From the IMG/VR virus record IMGVR_UViG_3300018018_000001, positions 1-64,000 of that record: DNA of 64,000 bases, one strand, 5' to 3'. Positions 11,471 through 21,768 of the stretch are shown one piece after another. The notes under the pieces were generated by a model, which saw nothing but the letters and a program-made list of their open reading frames with translations, was not told the origin of the DNA and made no database searches. Positions within the stretch are counted from its first letter, which is position 1. Each line of letters opens with the position of its first letter. Both the position numbers and the translations under genes were made by a program. The stretch is from a virus.

Positions 11471-12151
11471 ATGAAGGTATTAATAAGGGTAGCATTCTTA
11501 ATCATATTTCTCTTGCCAACAATCCTGTTGCCAACAAATCTGTTGTGCAACGATTCTGTTGTGCAACCATGGGTTGCACTGGACGTAGGGCATACTTATA
11601 AATATCCAGGGGCCATTAGTGCATCAGGTGTTGGGGAGATTTATTATAATGAAGAAGTGGCCCTTGGGGTTAGGAACCGGCTGGAGGATTCTGGAATTCC
11701 CTTGATAATGATTGAGGACCAGCAGTTACGTGACAGGCCGAAGATAGCGAATAGAGAAGCATTGTCTTTGGTATCCATTCATCATGACGGTGTTACTGGT
11801 AAGGTATTGAAACAAAGAGGATTCTCCATATTCATTTCAAAGATTAATCCAAAATGGAAGGATAGTCTGAGACTGGCCCAGTGTATTGGGTCAGAGTTGG
11901 TCAGAGCAGGATTTGATGCCGGACTATACTTCCATAATACCAAGAGTAGGCAACGCCAGTTAGTGGACAAGAAGGATGGGGTTTATAGGTGTGATAGGTT
12001 TGTAGTTCTGAAAGATTCCAAGATCCCGGCTGTCTTGATCGAATGCGGGGTAATATCAAACCCGGTTGAGGAAGAGAGATTGAATGAGAAACGTGCTGTG
12101 ATGTCTGCAGCAATTGCTTTAGGAATACAGAAATATTTAGGGAGAGGATAA
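11471..12151 (+). CDS. N-acetylmuramoyl-L-alanine amidase (Amidase_3) with N-terminal signal/TM segment
   Basis: Zn-ligand motifs VALDVGH, GEIYYN, LVSIHHD and PAVLIECGVISN. Hydrophobic N-terminus MKVLIRVAFLIIFLLPTILL. Confidence 0.88.
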   Translation: MKVLIRVAFLIIFLLPTILLPTNLLCNDSVVQPWVALDVGHTYKYPGAISASGVGEIYYNEEVALGVRNRLEDSGIPLIMIEDQQLRDRPKIANREALSLVSIHHDGVTGKVLKQRGFSIFISKINPKWKDSLRLAQCIGSELVRAGFDAGLYFHNTKSRQRQLVDKKDGVYRCDRFVVLKDSKIPAVLIECGVISNPVEEERLNEKRAVMSAAIALGIQKYLGRG

Positions 12152-12152
12152 T

Positions 12153-12422
12153 ATGGATAAAGCAAAAAGATTATTTGGATTGGCTACAATAGTGGAATCA
12201 GATGATATCAAACAGCAATTAAAAGATGCTGGGGTAGAGTTGGACAGTCATGAATCCGATCTTTACGCTTTGCTAACTCCTGAATCTGAAAAGATTATAG
12301 CGGGGTATGCCAATAAAGATAGTGTCAAAAAGTTTAAGAGTGAGAAGGATGGAAAAATGTGGTTTGATATTCCATTTGCTGATACTGATTATTGGGCTGA
12401 GAAACCAGGAATATCTAAATGA
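12153..12422 (+). CDS. Leader-bearing hypothetical protein
   Basis: MDKAKRLFGLATIVES N-terminus. Confidence 0.7.
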   Translation: MDKAKRLFGLATIVESDDIKQQLKDAGVELDSHESDLYALLTPESEKIIAGYANKDSVKKFKSEKDGKMWFDIPFADTDYWAEKPGISK

Positions 12423-12588
12423 ATCCAATCCAATCCAGATTTTATTCCATAATTCTGGGCCAGATATTGGTATCTATCCTCTTGGTTTCATTATGTTATA
12501 TAAACCTTGACGGGTTTATGACGGGTTTTCTAGGGGCTTATAAATCAGTTGGATTTTTGGATCAATATAATATTGGAAAAGAAATTCC

Positions 12589-13230
12589 ATGATTGAACTT
12601 TGTGGGTGTGGTAAATGTGGACTTCCTGTTAGAAAAGAATGTCATAAATTTATTCATGGCCATAGTGGGGTATTAAATAAAGGGAGAAGCCGACCTGATG
12701 TTATTGAATTAAATAAGAAAAGAATAGGTTGGAAACATACTGAAGATGAATTAAACAGACAAAGTGAGGCGCAAAGAGGTAAGAAAAATCCTGGTCAATC
12801 AGAAAGAATGAGACAGAAAATTGGCGAAAATCACCCAAAATTTGGAAAGAAAGATCCGGCTGCTTCTGAACGAATGAAAGCTAGAATTGGAGAAAAGAAT
12901 CCAATTTTTGGCAGAACTGGTGAAAATTCTCCAAATTGGCATGGTGGAATTTCTTCTTATCCATATGGTGTTGGTTTTAATAAAGAATTAAAAAATCATA
13001 TCAGAGAAAAATTTAATCATACTTGTATATTATGTAGTATAACTGAGGAAGAAGCTGGTAGAAAACATATCCCTCATCATATTGATTATGATAAGAAGAA
13101 TAATGAGGAAGAAAATTTTGTCCTACTTTGTATAGGTGACAATAGTAAAGTAAATGCTAATAGGGGATTTTGGGAAACCCAATTTAGAATATTAAATGGA
13201 GTATATGATCCTAAGTTTTTGGGATTGTAG
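12589..13230 (+). CDS. HNH homing endonuclease, family A, with NUMOD3-like repeats
   Basis: CGCGKCG N-terminus, GExHPxFGK repeats, KFNHTCILC...PHHIDYDKKNN...LLCIGDNSKVN. Confidence 0.8.
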   Translation: MIELCGCGKCGLPVRKECHKFIHGHSGVLNKGRSRPDVIELNKKRIGWKHTEDELNRQSEAQRGKKNPGQSERMRQKIGENHPKFGKKDPAASERMKARIGEKNPIFGRTGENSPNWHGGISSYPYGVGFNKELKNHIREKFNHTCILCSITEEEAGRKHIPHHIDYDKKNNEEENFVLLCIGDNSKVNANRGFWETQFRILNGVYDPKFLGL

Positions 13231-13239
13231 GAGAGTCAA

Positions 13240-13900
13240 ATGGCTAATGTAAAGAAATTGATTACCATGATTGAGCGGTTAGAAAAGGGATTTTCCATAG
13301 AGGAATTGGATATCAATGTTGACGATAAAGAGTTTACTTTTGTGGTTTCCTTTCCCAAACAAGGTGAATTGAATCCTCCCGGTGGCATGAATGTAATGGC
13401 GATTAAGGGCAAGGGGGATCTGGATGCTTATTATGAAAAACCCTACAAGTCATCTATGGAAGGTCCAGGTGGTGGTGGCTATGATATTGGTATAAACTAT
13501 GCCGCAGGGTTCCTATATGTAGATGAGGATGGTAAGGAAACAAGAGTAGATCCAGAAGCATCCAAAATAATAGAGGATATTATCAAGAAGAATTTTGAGG
13601 ATGAATTTCTTGAGAGAATTACTGATAAGTTTGAACAGGATAGAACTGAATATAGAGGAGATTAATATGAAAAAAGCCGAAGAGTTAGCTAAAATGCTTG
13701 AAGCAGATTTAGCACTTTATGACCATCCAGGGAATAAGGAAGCTGAAATGGAAATCCTTAATGCTTTAAAGAAATTGGCCCTGCAGACAGATGTCAAGAT
13801 AAATGCCATACTTAATCAACATAGAAAGCTTGGGGCTTCCGATACCCAGTCAAGAGAGGCAGCTTTTTCCTATTTCAGGGAACTTATAGGATATAGGTAA
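13240..13900 (+). CDS. Two leader-bearing hypothetical proteins (13240-13665, 13667-13900)
   Basis: MANVKKLITMIE and MKKAEELAKMLE. Confidence 0.7.
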
Positions 13901-13906
13901 GGGAGG

Positions 13907-14326
13907 ATGGTAAAGAATAAAGGAGCCACAAAGGGGCCAAAGAATGTAACAACTAAAGAGGATTTTGATTTTGCCTGTAAAGAGTTCATGAAATGGGTGG
14001 TAAGGTTTGGGTTAACGGATTGGGAAGTTCTTTTCTTACATAAACCAATTACTAGCGAAGCAAGGGTGGATTTATTCCAGGATGATAAAATAGCTCATTT
14101 TTATATATCTACTGATTGGGCTGATCATAAAGTAAATGAAGAATCCCTTATTGATGCAGCCAGGCATGAGGCTATTCATCTTGTTTTAGCTGTCTTGGAT
14201 CATTTATGCCGATACCGATATGTTACAGAGAAAGAATTAGACGTAGCGGTTGAGGATACAACCAGAAGGATTTGCAGAGGGATTGGTTCTATCATAGAGG
14301 AGATTAAGGATGACAAAAGCAAATAA
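13907..14326 (+). CDS. Putative HExxH metallopeptidase-like protein
   Basis: ARHEAIHLVL motif followed by a distal E. Confidence 0.5.
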   Translation: MVKNKGATKGPKNVTTKEDFDFACKEFMKWVVRFGLTDWEVLFLHKPITSEARVDLFQDDKIAHFYISTDWADHKVNEESLIDAARHEAIHLVLAVLDHLCRYRYVTEKELDVAVEDTTRRICRGIGSIIEEIKDDKSK

Positions 14327-14585
14327 AATTATAGGATTGATTAGGGAAACAGAGGATGGTTCCATATGTGTATTTGACTTTAATGGATATACTGCAGGAC
14401 CTGGACATTTCCCTGTGGCTATGTGGGCAGACTATTTCCCGAATGAGGGTGTAGTAAAATTTGGTGGCGATTGGGAGGACATTCCCGATTGGCATGTAAG
14501 TGAAGAGCCTACCGAAGAAGAGGTAGAGAAGAATGCTGAACTTAAACGCTTATTCATGAGCGGTGAAGATATTGTTTTAAATTAA
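14310..14585 (+). CDS. Leader-bearing hypothetical protein
   Basis: MTKANKIIGLIRE. Confidence 0.7.
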   Translation: MTKANKIIGLIRETEDGSICVFDFNGYTAGPGHFPVAMWADYFPNEGVVKFGGDWEDIPDWHVSEEPTEEEVEKNAELKRLFMSGEDIVLN

Positions 14586-14598
14586 TAGAAGGATTAAA

Positions 14599-15114
14599 AT
14601 GAGAGTAGAAAATATTTCACCCGATCAAATTAAAGTTGACAGATTTACGGTTGAGGGATTTTGCGCCATTGATGTCCCTGATGACCTTTATCTGCTTTTC
14701 CAATCGGAATTCCAAGCTTATGTGGATGTAGGGATTCTTGCTTTGCCTTTGAATAAACAAGTTAGTGGGCTTCAGAATGCTACAATTGAGGATTATGGTG
14801 AGATTGTCCAGGATCTTGGTCTTGTTACATTCCAAGCATTTCTTGATTTATCTAAAGGTAATGTTATTACCGCAGAGGTTTCTGGATCATTTATGTGGAA
14901 TTTGCCAACGGTTATTAATTCTGGGATATGTAAGTCCTTTACCCTTATTCTTAAGAATGGTGGTACAGGTGTCCAGACATTTAATCCTACTCCTAAATGG
15001 CCTGGAGGAACAGCCCCAACATTAACGGTTTCAGGGATAGATGTTCTTTGCTTTTTCTATGATCCGATTGCTGGAGTATGGCGTGGGGTTTTATCCCAGG
15101 CTGATAGTAAGTAA
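14599..15114 (+). CDS. Virion fibre/adhesin-associated protein
   Basis: C-terminal FTLILKNGGTG...PKWPGGTAPTLT..GIDVLCF module, common in phage fibre proteins. Confidence 0.6.
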   Translation: MRVENISPDQIKVDRFTVEGFCAIDVPDDLYLLFQSEFQAYVDVGILALPLNKQVSGLQNATIEDYGEIVQDLGLVTFQAFLDLSKGNVITAEVSGSFMWNLPTVINSGICKSFTLILKNGGTGVQTFNPTPKWPGGTAPTLTVSGIDVLCFFYDPIAGVWRGVLSQADSK

Positions 15115-15123
15115 AGGGTAAGA

Positions 15124-16122
15124 ATGTTAATAGATAAACTTAGATTTAATAACCCTGCTATTAGTCCATATTTTCCAGTGGATTCTGATTGTGTGTTGTA
15201 CAATGCTTATTGGGATGGTACAGCACTAGATCATTCTATTTATGGGAATAATGGGATTTTGGTTAATTCAGATCCACCTGTAGCTAGTTTTGGTGCTGAT
15301 GGTCTTGTTATATCAGGCTCTTCTCAAGGATCTTCACCTGCTGGTGTAACTATTCCTTATAGTTCCGGTAGTATTGGTGGAGGTATTAGATTTTTCACCG
15401 ATAATCTTGATGGTACTATGAGAGCTTGGCTTGATGCTCCTTGGTTTGATATTGCTCCTGGATTGGTCGTAACTATCAGTGGATCAACCCCCTATGATGG
15501 TACTTACATGATACAGGAACCATTGGGACCAGGTAGTTTTTCTTTTACTCACACTAATGATGGGCAGTCTACTACGGGGAGGTGGGTTTATAATATTTCT
15601 AGTCTGAATTTTACAGATAATTTCTCTGTTGAAGGATGGTTAAAAATTCCAGCAGACAATCCTACACCAATTTTTCCAGTTTTATGTAGTCAGGGAATTA
15701 ATGATGCTGGTCCTCCTGGGCTATTAAAATTTTGGGTAGGACGTATCCTTTTTGGAGGAGGTGGAAGTGCAAGATTAGTTAGTATTCATTACTATGATTT
15801 GGGTGGTTCCACATATTTTATTTCCTCTGTTTCTGTTCCACCTAATAATTTTTATCATATTGTATCAACTTATAGTTCTACTATGGGAGCAATTTATTTT
15901 TATGTAAATGGTATAAGAGTGGCAGGGGCTTTTCCAGTGGTTCCTATACATCCAGCAGCAAATAGCACTGGACCAATTGGGGTTGGATATATACAGTATC
16001 CAACAGAACCTATTTATCAGACAAGACCATGTACTATTGGAGAACTTAGAATTTGGAAGAAAATTCTTATTCAATCGGATGTGACAAGTATTTTTAATGC
16101 AACCAAAGCAAGGTATATTTAA
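15124..16122 (+). CDS. LamG/concanavalin-A-like lectin-fold virion protein
   Basis: DHSIYGNNG, FSVEGW, YHIVSTY...YVNG and IGELRIWKKIL; paralogous to 21074-21760. Confidence 0.75.
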   Translation: MLIDKLRFNNPAISPYFPVDSDCVLYNAYWDGTALDHSIYGNNGILVNSDPPVASFGADGLVISGSSQGSSPAGVTIPYSSGSIGGGIRFFTDNLDGTMRAWLDAPWFDIAPGLVVTISGSTPYDGTYMIQEPLGPGSFSFTHTNDGQSTTGRWVYNISSLNFTDNFSVEGWLKIPADNPTPIFPVLCSQGINDAGPPGLLKFWVGRILFGGGGSARLVSIHYYDLGGSTYFISSVSVPPNNFYHIVSTYSSTMGAIYFYVNGIRVAGAFPVVPIHPAANSTGPIGVGYIQYPTEPIYQTRPCTIGELRIWKKILIQSDVTSIFNATKARYI

Positions 16123-16132
16123 AGAGGTAAAT

Positions 16133-16724
16133 ATGAGTAGAGCAAGAGAGTTAATAAAGTTTATTGAATTAAGAGATCCTGCCATAGATGCCATTAAGGA
16201 TAGGAATATCAGGAATGAGGTTATAAGGAAGCAAGGTAGCCAATATTGTGTTAAGTCCAAAAAAGGAAAGAATATGGGCTGTTACCCAAGTAAGAAACAG
16301 GCCAACAAACGGTTAGGGCAGATACATTATTTCAAAGGAAAGTAGAAAACGTGAATAGATCACAAAGGGTTGCTAGTTTATTAGAGGAAAATGATAAGAA
16401 AACCAATTCTGACTTGACTTGCCCCCTTTGTGGTGAAACTGATTTTGACAAAGTTGTTTTAAAAATTCATATTATAAATGGGTGGTGTGATGAGTTTGAA
16501 AATACTAAAGTTCCAGAAAGGTATAAACAATGAATAAAGCAAAGAAAATGTTGAACTTGTTGGAGCAGGGAACCTATATTATTGATCCTAAAAATCTCAA
16601 AGATCCCGATCAGGAATTAGCTGATTGGATTGATGCAAGGTTAGCTAAGGCCCGACCTCAGGACCAAGATGTATATGATGAACTTGTGGCTTTGAGTAAA
16701 AAACTTAGGGCAAAGGGGAAGTAA
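16133..16724 (+). CDS. Three leader-bearing small proteins (16133-16345, 16351-16533, 16530-16724)
   Basis: MSRARELIKFIE, VNRSQRVASLLEE, MNKAKKMLNLLEQ. The 16133 ORF ends in the basic module GKNMGCYPSKKQANKRLGQIHYFK. Confidence 0.75.
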
Positions 16725-16899
16725 TATGAAAGCAAGAGATTTGATGGATTTTGTTGAGCAGGAAGATATCCATGAGGATGAAATGGATTATGGGCGATTA
16801 GCAGAGATGGTAGAAAACGTGAATAGATCACAAAGGGTTGCTAGTTTATTAGAGGAAAATGATAAGAAAACCAATTCTGACTTGACTTGCCCCCTTTGT
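16342..16899 (+). repeat. Identical 90-bp direct repeat (16342-16431 and 16810-16899)
   Basis: gtagaaaacgtgaatagatcacaaaggg...gacttgccccctttgt is present twice. Confidence 0.95.
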
Positions 16900-17050
16900 T
16901 GAACGAATGTCTTTAGATCATCTTTTGGCTATGATAGCCCATATCTGTAATGATAATGCAGAAGAGTATCAAGATACTAACCCTGATTTAGCTGATACCT
17001 GGAGGAAAGATGCCAAGACTGTAGAAAATGCATCTAAGAGTGTTGGATAG
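16726..17050 (+). pseudogene. Leader-bearing gene interrupted by an 88-nt duplicated insert
   Basis: MKARDLMDFVEQ... reads into the repeat and stops at 16902. Removing 16811-16898 restores a 78-aa ORF ending at TAG 17050. Confidence 0.65.
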
Positions 17051-17243
17051 TTACCGTACAGGAATAAATGGGTCATAAATGGCTCAAATGGTTAAAAATA
17101 TTATTATATAAGAATAAAATGGTAGGATAATTTATGAATAAGAAAGAAGCTATTCCGGCAACTATGGCAACATTGAAAGATCATCCTAAAAAAGAGCCAT
17201 TTAGAATACAATATAAACCAATTAAAAAAGAATGGAGGGCACT

Positions 17244-19263
17244 ATGAGTAAGGCAAAAGAAATAATTAAATTAATTAATGAACAAGAAGATTATATGTCC
17301 ATGGATAATCCAGGACCCGCAATCAAAAAGGAATATAATGTAGGTGAGGATGGAATTATTCATAATCCTGGAAAGTTTGAAGGGGAAATGTATTATGTTC
17401 CTTATTTCTATGATGTTGGCATGAATGGCTTTGCTGATGAGGATAATGGATCTGACTGGTTATTTGAACTTGGGGAAGAGGATTTCAAAAAGTTCCCTGA
17501 ATTGAAAGGCCATAAGAATATCATCATAACCTCAAGTGATCAGGGATTTATAGGTGCTAAGCTTGATGGTGAATTAGCTGAAGAGCCAGAAGGAGAGGAA
17601 TAAAATGAGCAAACCTATATAGATGACGATGTTAAACAAAGGGTTAAGGAATTGCTTGACCAATGGGAAAAAAGTAAACCTCCTTTGTCAGATCCTAAGA
17701 TTCAAGATTGGATTCATCAAGTAATGGGGTATTATAAGGGAATGTATAATCTTGGGGGAGAGTGGAAAACTTCCAATGATTTGTCTAGTAAACCTGATGC
17801 TGATGCTGTATTAAATCAGGATAAACATGCTGGTGTGATTACCATAAAAAAGTTCTATCCTGATTTTAAGCTTACTCAAGATCATGTAGCTAATGCATAT
17901 TGGGGTAGCAAGAAATGAATAAAGCCAAACAACTTATTGAATTAATTGATCCAGACATTAATGTGGATAGGTTTGGATCACGTGTTGATATAACAAGAGT
18001 GGAAACTTTTGTTCCCGCCGAAGCAGATGCTGTAATTCAAAAGCTTAAGGATGGAATTCAGGCCCCTCATAAGAATATCTACAAAAGCACTTTGGGTGGG
18101 ATAGAGCGTACTTCCATTATGATTACTTTGTCCCTGGACCCAAAGGAAGAGTGGAAAAATGGCATCCTGCAGAATTCCAGGTATTGCATGTTCCACTACA
18201 ATGTAGATGGTTCCTTGGAACAATTTTCCCGACAATACAACCTGCCTAAGTTCCGTAAAACAAGAGTCAAGAGTGTTGATGACGCTATTGCCAAAATAAA
18301 TGCTTATATAAATACCGTAGGAGGAAGCCATGAAAGCTAAGAAAGTATTGGATATTCTTAATGAAAATGCCCTTGATGGTATTAATGATGAAATAGGAAA
18401 GGTGTGGGTTGTTACTGCTCCTACTGAGGTATCCGAATTGGGGGATATTTTATTTGAAAGCAGAATTGGAGAAATGATGCTTCAAGCCCGTGGTGGCCTG
18501 GACCCAGATGATGTCCTTATGGTTACAAAGAATAAATCCAAGGCTAATGCTTATGCTCAAAAAGTGGTGGCAAATAGAGCCATTATTCCATCGAGACATA
18601 GGGGGAAATAACAATGGGAAAATCATTTACTGCAGACCAAATTAAGAAAAGAAATTCTATGATTAATAAGAAAAAGAAAGAGCATATCAAAATAGAAATG
18701 GAGGATTTTCATATGAGTAGAGCGAAAGAAATAATTGGTCTTGTGGAAGAAGAGGATGATTACCTGGATGACAAATTCTATTCCAAGGGAACTTATGTTT
18801 ATGTTAAGCCCACTGCCTCAGGTGTGAAAGATAGCTATCCCGCCGCTAACTGGATAAACAATGAAACAAAGGTAAAGCTATTGGATGACGCAGTACAGGG
18901 AACCCTGGATGTTTCCGATGTAGAACTTGAGGATGGAACTGAAGAGTCCATTTATGGGTTTAACATTGTTGGGGAAGCATGAGTAAATCCAATGATTTCA
19001 TTAAATTAATCGGGGAAAGCTATGCAGACATTGCGGGCATGTTCAAGAGTAACAAAAGCCCTGTAGAATTGGCCAGGGGATTATTCTGGAATCTTACCTC
19101 AGGTGGTGGTGCTGAGCAGTCCTATATTGATGACATTCTTACCCCTGGAAAACGGTTGGCAAGAAAGTATGGGATAAAGAATCTGAGACAAGCCTGGAAA
19201 GAGGTTGTTGATGACGGAGAGGTAAGAAAAGAGGGGGATAAATGGATTTGGGTTAACAAATAA
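17244..19263 (+). CDS. Cluster of leader-bearing proteins (17244-17603, 17915-18340, 18330-18611, 18614/18713-18982, 18979-19263) plus frameshifted 17605-17918
   Basis: MSKAKEIIKLINE, MNKAKQLIELID, MKAKKVLDILNE, MSRAKEIIGLVEE, MSKSNDFIKLIGE. Confidence 0.75.
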
Positions 19264-19269
19264 TATTCT

Positions 19270-19360
19270 GGAACTCGAAGGTTTAGCTTGGGAACCCCCG
19301 AACCCAAGCCAGGTTTAAACCTTCCCGAACCTGCTCCTTTTCCTTCGGGTTCCACCTTTT
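19270..19360 (+). promoter_or_regulatory. Structured intergenic RNA element / possible terminator with alternative pairings
   Basis: Inverted repeats 19270-81/19342-53, 19277-85/19316-24 and 19286-92/19303-09, followed by a short T run. Confidence 0.5.
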
Positions 19361-19479
19361 CTATTTAGGGGAGAATAGATGGAAATGAATTCCGTTTCCT
19401 TTGTTTTATCATTAATACCAGGAATATTCATTGTGTTAGGAATATATCTATTAATACATTTTTTGAATAGGAGATAAAT

Positions 19480-19890
19480 ATGGATGCTACATTACTTAGT
19501 CAATCAAGGCTTCAAAGCACTGAAAATATTAATATTCTAAGATATTCCATGCCCGCAGTTACAGCCAGTGGGGGAACTTCTGGAATCCTTAATGTCTATA
19601 TTCCTTCCAATTCAGGCAAACTTGTTGGTATGAGAATGTCATGTGGCTCTACCAAATTTGATGTAAGTCTGTTTGACAAGACAGGATTTATAGAAGCTTT
19701 AGTTGGAACACTGAATGAGTTTCTTAAATCCACTGATAATAATTTACAGTATGATGACCAAAGCATAGGTGCTTATTTCTCCAACATGGATTTACCAGCC
19801 ACAAATAAACTTTATATATATGTGACTAACAATGATGCAGTTTATTCTACAGGTCTCATACTATTTGAACTTGTAATTCAGTCTCTGTAA
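19480..19890 (+). CDS. Hypothetical beta-rich protein, probably structural
   Basis: ORF with RBS immediately upstream of fibre-like genes. Confidence 0.5.
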   Translation: MDATLLSQSRLQSTENINILRYSMPAVTASGGTSGILNVYIPSNSGKLVGMRMSCGSTKFDVSLFDKTGFIEALVGTLNEFLKSTDNNLQYDDQSIGAYFSNMDLPATNKLYIYVTNNDAVYSTGLILFELVIQSL

Positions 19891-19907
19891 AGAGTCTAGG
19901 AGGATAT

Positions 19908-21071
19908 ATGAGTAGAGTAATTCCTAAACCTACTGGGGGAGGAATCCCTGTCTCTGAAAAAGGTGCTCCAAATGGAGTAGCGGAATTAGATGGGACTGGT
20001 TTAGTTCCTGTTGAAGAACTTCCTCCAGTACATGCTTCATCCTTGGCCGGATTATCTGATGTTGATTTAACTAGTCCAGCTAATAATGATCTTCTTAGCT
20101 ATGATGATGTTGAACATAAGTGGATTAATGCTAATCCTCCAGTTGTTCCCGATTTTGCCACTAATGAGGAAACTGCTTCAGGAGCTAGTTTAGTTAAGAT
20201 TGTTAATCCTAATGACCTTAAGTACATGTTAGACAGGCTTCCTCCTGTTCCTGTTGTTCCTGATTTTGCTTCTAATGAGGAAACTGCTTCAGGAGCTAGT
20301 CTAACCAAGATTGTTAATCCCAGTGGTCTTAAATATACATTGGATTTACTCCCCCCTGTTCCCATTTTTGCTACTAATGATGAAACTTATTCAGGTGCAA
20401 GTTCAACTAAGATAGTCAATCCAAGTGGCCTTAAGTACACATTGGATTTACGTATTCCTGATTTTGCTTCTAATGAAGAGACTGCTTCGGGGGCAAGCTT
20501 AACCAAGATGGTTAATCCTAGTGGCCTCAAGTATGCTATGAGTCAACCTGTTTATGATATTGATTCTCTTCCTATAGGATGGGCGATTGATGGTTCTGTT
20601 GCACCTGGAGTAGTTACAGTATTAACTTCAACTAATAGTGTAAGATATCGTGACTTTTCTGGAGCAGCAAACAATGATGTATTTTTTGAGTGGGTAGTTC
20701 CTTATGACATTGATACTGATATAAAACCTAAATTCCAAGTTGAGGGTTGGATAACTAATGCTACCCCACCTGTTGCTGCTGGAATTATAGCTTTTTCCCT
20801 TGCTGGGGCTTCTTATGGGGATGGTGATTTACTTAGTGGGGCTCTTGGAACACCTGTTTTAATAACTAAAGTATTTAGTGGGACTCCTGCTCGATATGAC
20901 AGATTTGTAATTGATCTTTCTGAGGATCTTACAATAACTGATTTAGCTCCAGGAGAGCTTGTTATTTTTAGCTTAGTTAGGTTAATTAGGTATATAGTAG
21001 GTGAATATGCACAAGCAATAGGGGTTAGCTGGCTTAAGATAAAATATGCTAAAGTTCCGAAAGGGAGCTAA
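19908..21071 (+). CDS. Fibre/spike-like virion protein with internal repeats
   Basis: KGAPNGVAELDGTGLVP and LAGLSDVDLTSPANNDLLSYD motifs, plus four PDFAxNEETASGASxxKIVNPxGLKY repeats (about 20150-20540). Confidence 0.75.
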   Translation: MSRVIPKPTGGGIPVSEKGAPNGVAELDGTGLVPVEELPPVHASSLAGLSDVDLTSPANNDLLSYDDVEHKWINANPPVVPDFATNEETASGASLVKIVNPNDLKYMLDRLPPVPVVPDFASNEETASGASLTKIVNPSGLKYTLDLLPPVPIFATNDETYSGASSTKIVNPSGLKYTLDLRIPDFASNEETASGASLTKMVNPSGLKYAMSQPVYDIDSLPIGWAIDGSVAPGVVTVLTSTNSVRYRDFSGAANNDVFFEWVVPYDIDTDIKPKFQVEGWITNATPPVAAGIIAFSLAGASYGDGDLLSGALGTPVLITKVFSGTPARYDRFVIDLSEDLTITDLAPGELVIFSLVRLIRYIVGEYAQAIGVSWLKIKYAKVPKGS

Positions 21072-21073
21072 AA

Positions 21074-21760
21074 ATGAGATTCAATCCATATATATTAGGT
21101 AATCTTATTCCACCAAGTCCTTACTACCCTGTAGGTCCAGACTGCGTGCTGTACCACGCCTATTGGGATGGGACCGCCGTGGATCATTCCTTGGCAGGGA
21201 ACAATGGAACGAACAACGGAGGATCATTTGTAACCAACGGGATTACCTTAGACGGAACCGCCGATCAGACCGTTACCTTTACCAATGCTGCTGGTCAACT
21301 TGATCCAATTTCTGGATTTACATTCTTCATGTGGTTTAATCGAACCAGCACAGATAACCTAAGGGTTTTAATTCTTGATGATAACAGTAATGGTTTTGAA
21401 TTAAATGAATTAGAGGTTGCGCTACATACCTGGACTAGATACTATCCCTTTATGATATCTGGTACTTTAACCGAAGAGCATGACTCCTCTCTGGGTATGT
21501 GGCACGCAGTTGCTTTTGGGCTTGATGGTCTAACAGATCCTAACATGTATTCATCCATCAATGGAGTAAGTTGGGATCTGCGTGGAACTGGAAGCGGAAC
21601 TTTTTCCTTAGCCCATAATAGTAACCGCTACCATGTTGGGAATGTGTCTCCATACGGTTTCTCTGGAACGGTTGGAGAGCTTCTTATTTTTAATACATTC
21701 AAAGATTTGGCTTATATTGCCAATCTTTTCAACGCGACCAAGGGCCGATACGGATTATAG
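21074..21760 (+). CDS. LamG-like lectin-fold protein, paralog of 15124
   Basis: SPYYPVGPDCVLYHAYWDGTAVDHS...FNATKGRY matches both ends of 15124-16122. Confidence 0.75.
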   Translation: MRFNPYILGNLIPPSPYYPVGPDCVLYHAYWDGTAVDHSLAGNNGTNNGGSFVTNGITLDGTADQTVTFTNAAGQLDPISGFTFFMWFNRTSTDNLRVLILDDNSNGFELNELEVALHTWTRYYPFMISGTLTEEHDSSLGMWHAVAFGLDGLTDPNMYSSINGVSWDLRGTGSGTFSLAHNSNRYHVGNVSPYGFSGTVGELLIFNTFKDLAYIANLFNATKGRYGL

Positions 21761-21768
21761 GAGAAAAT

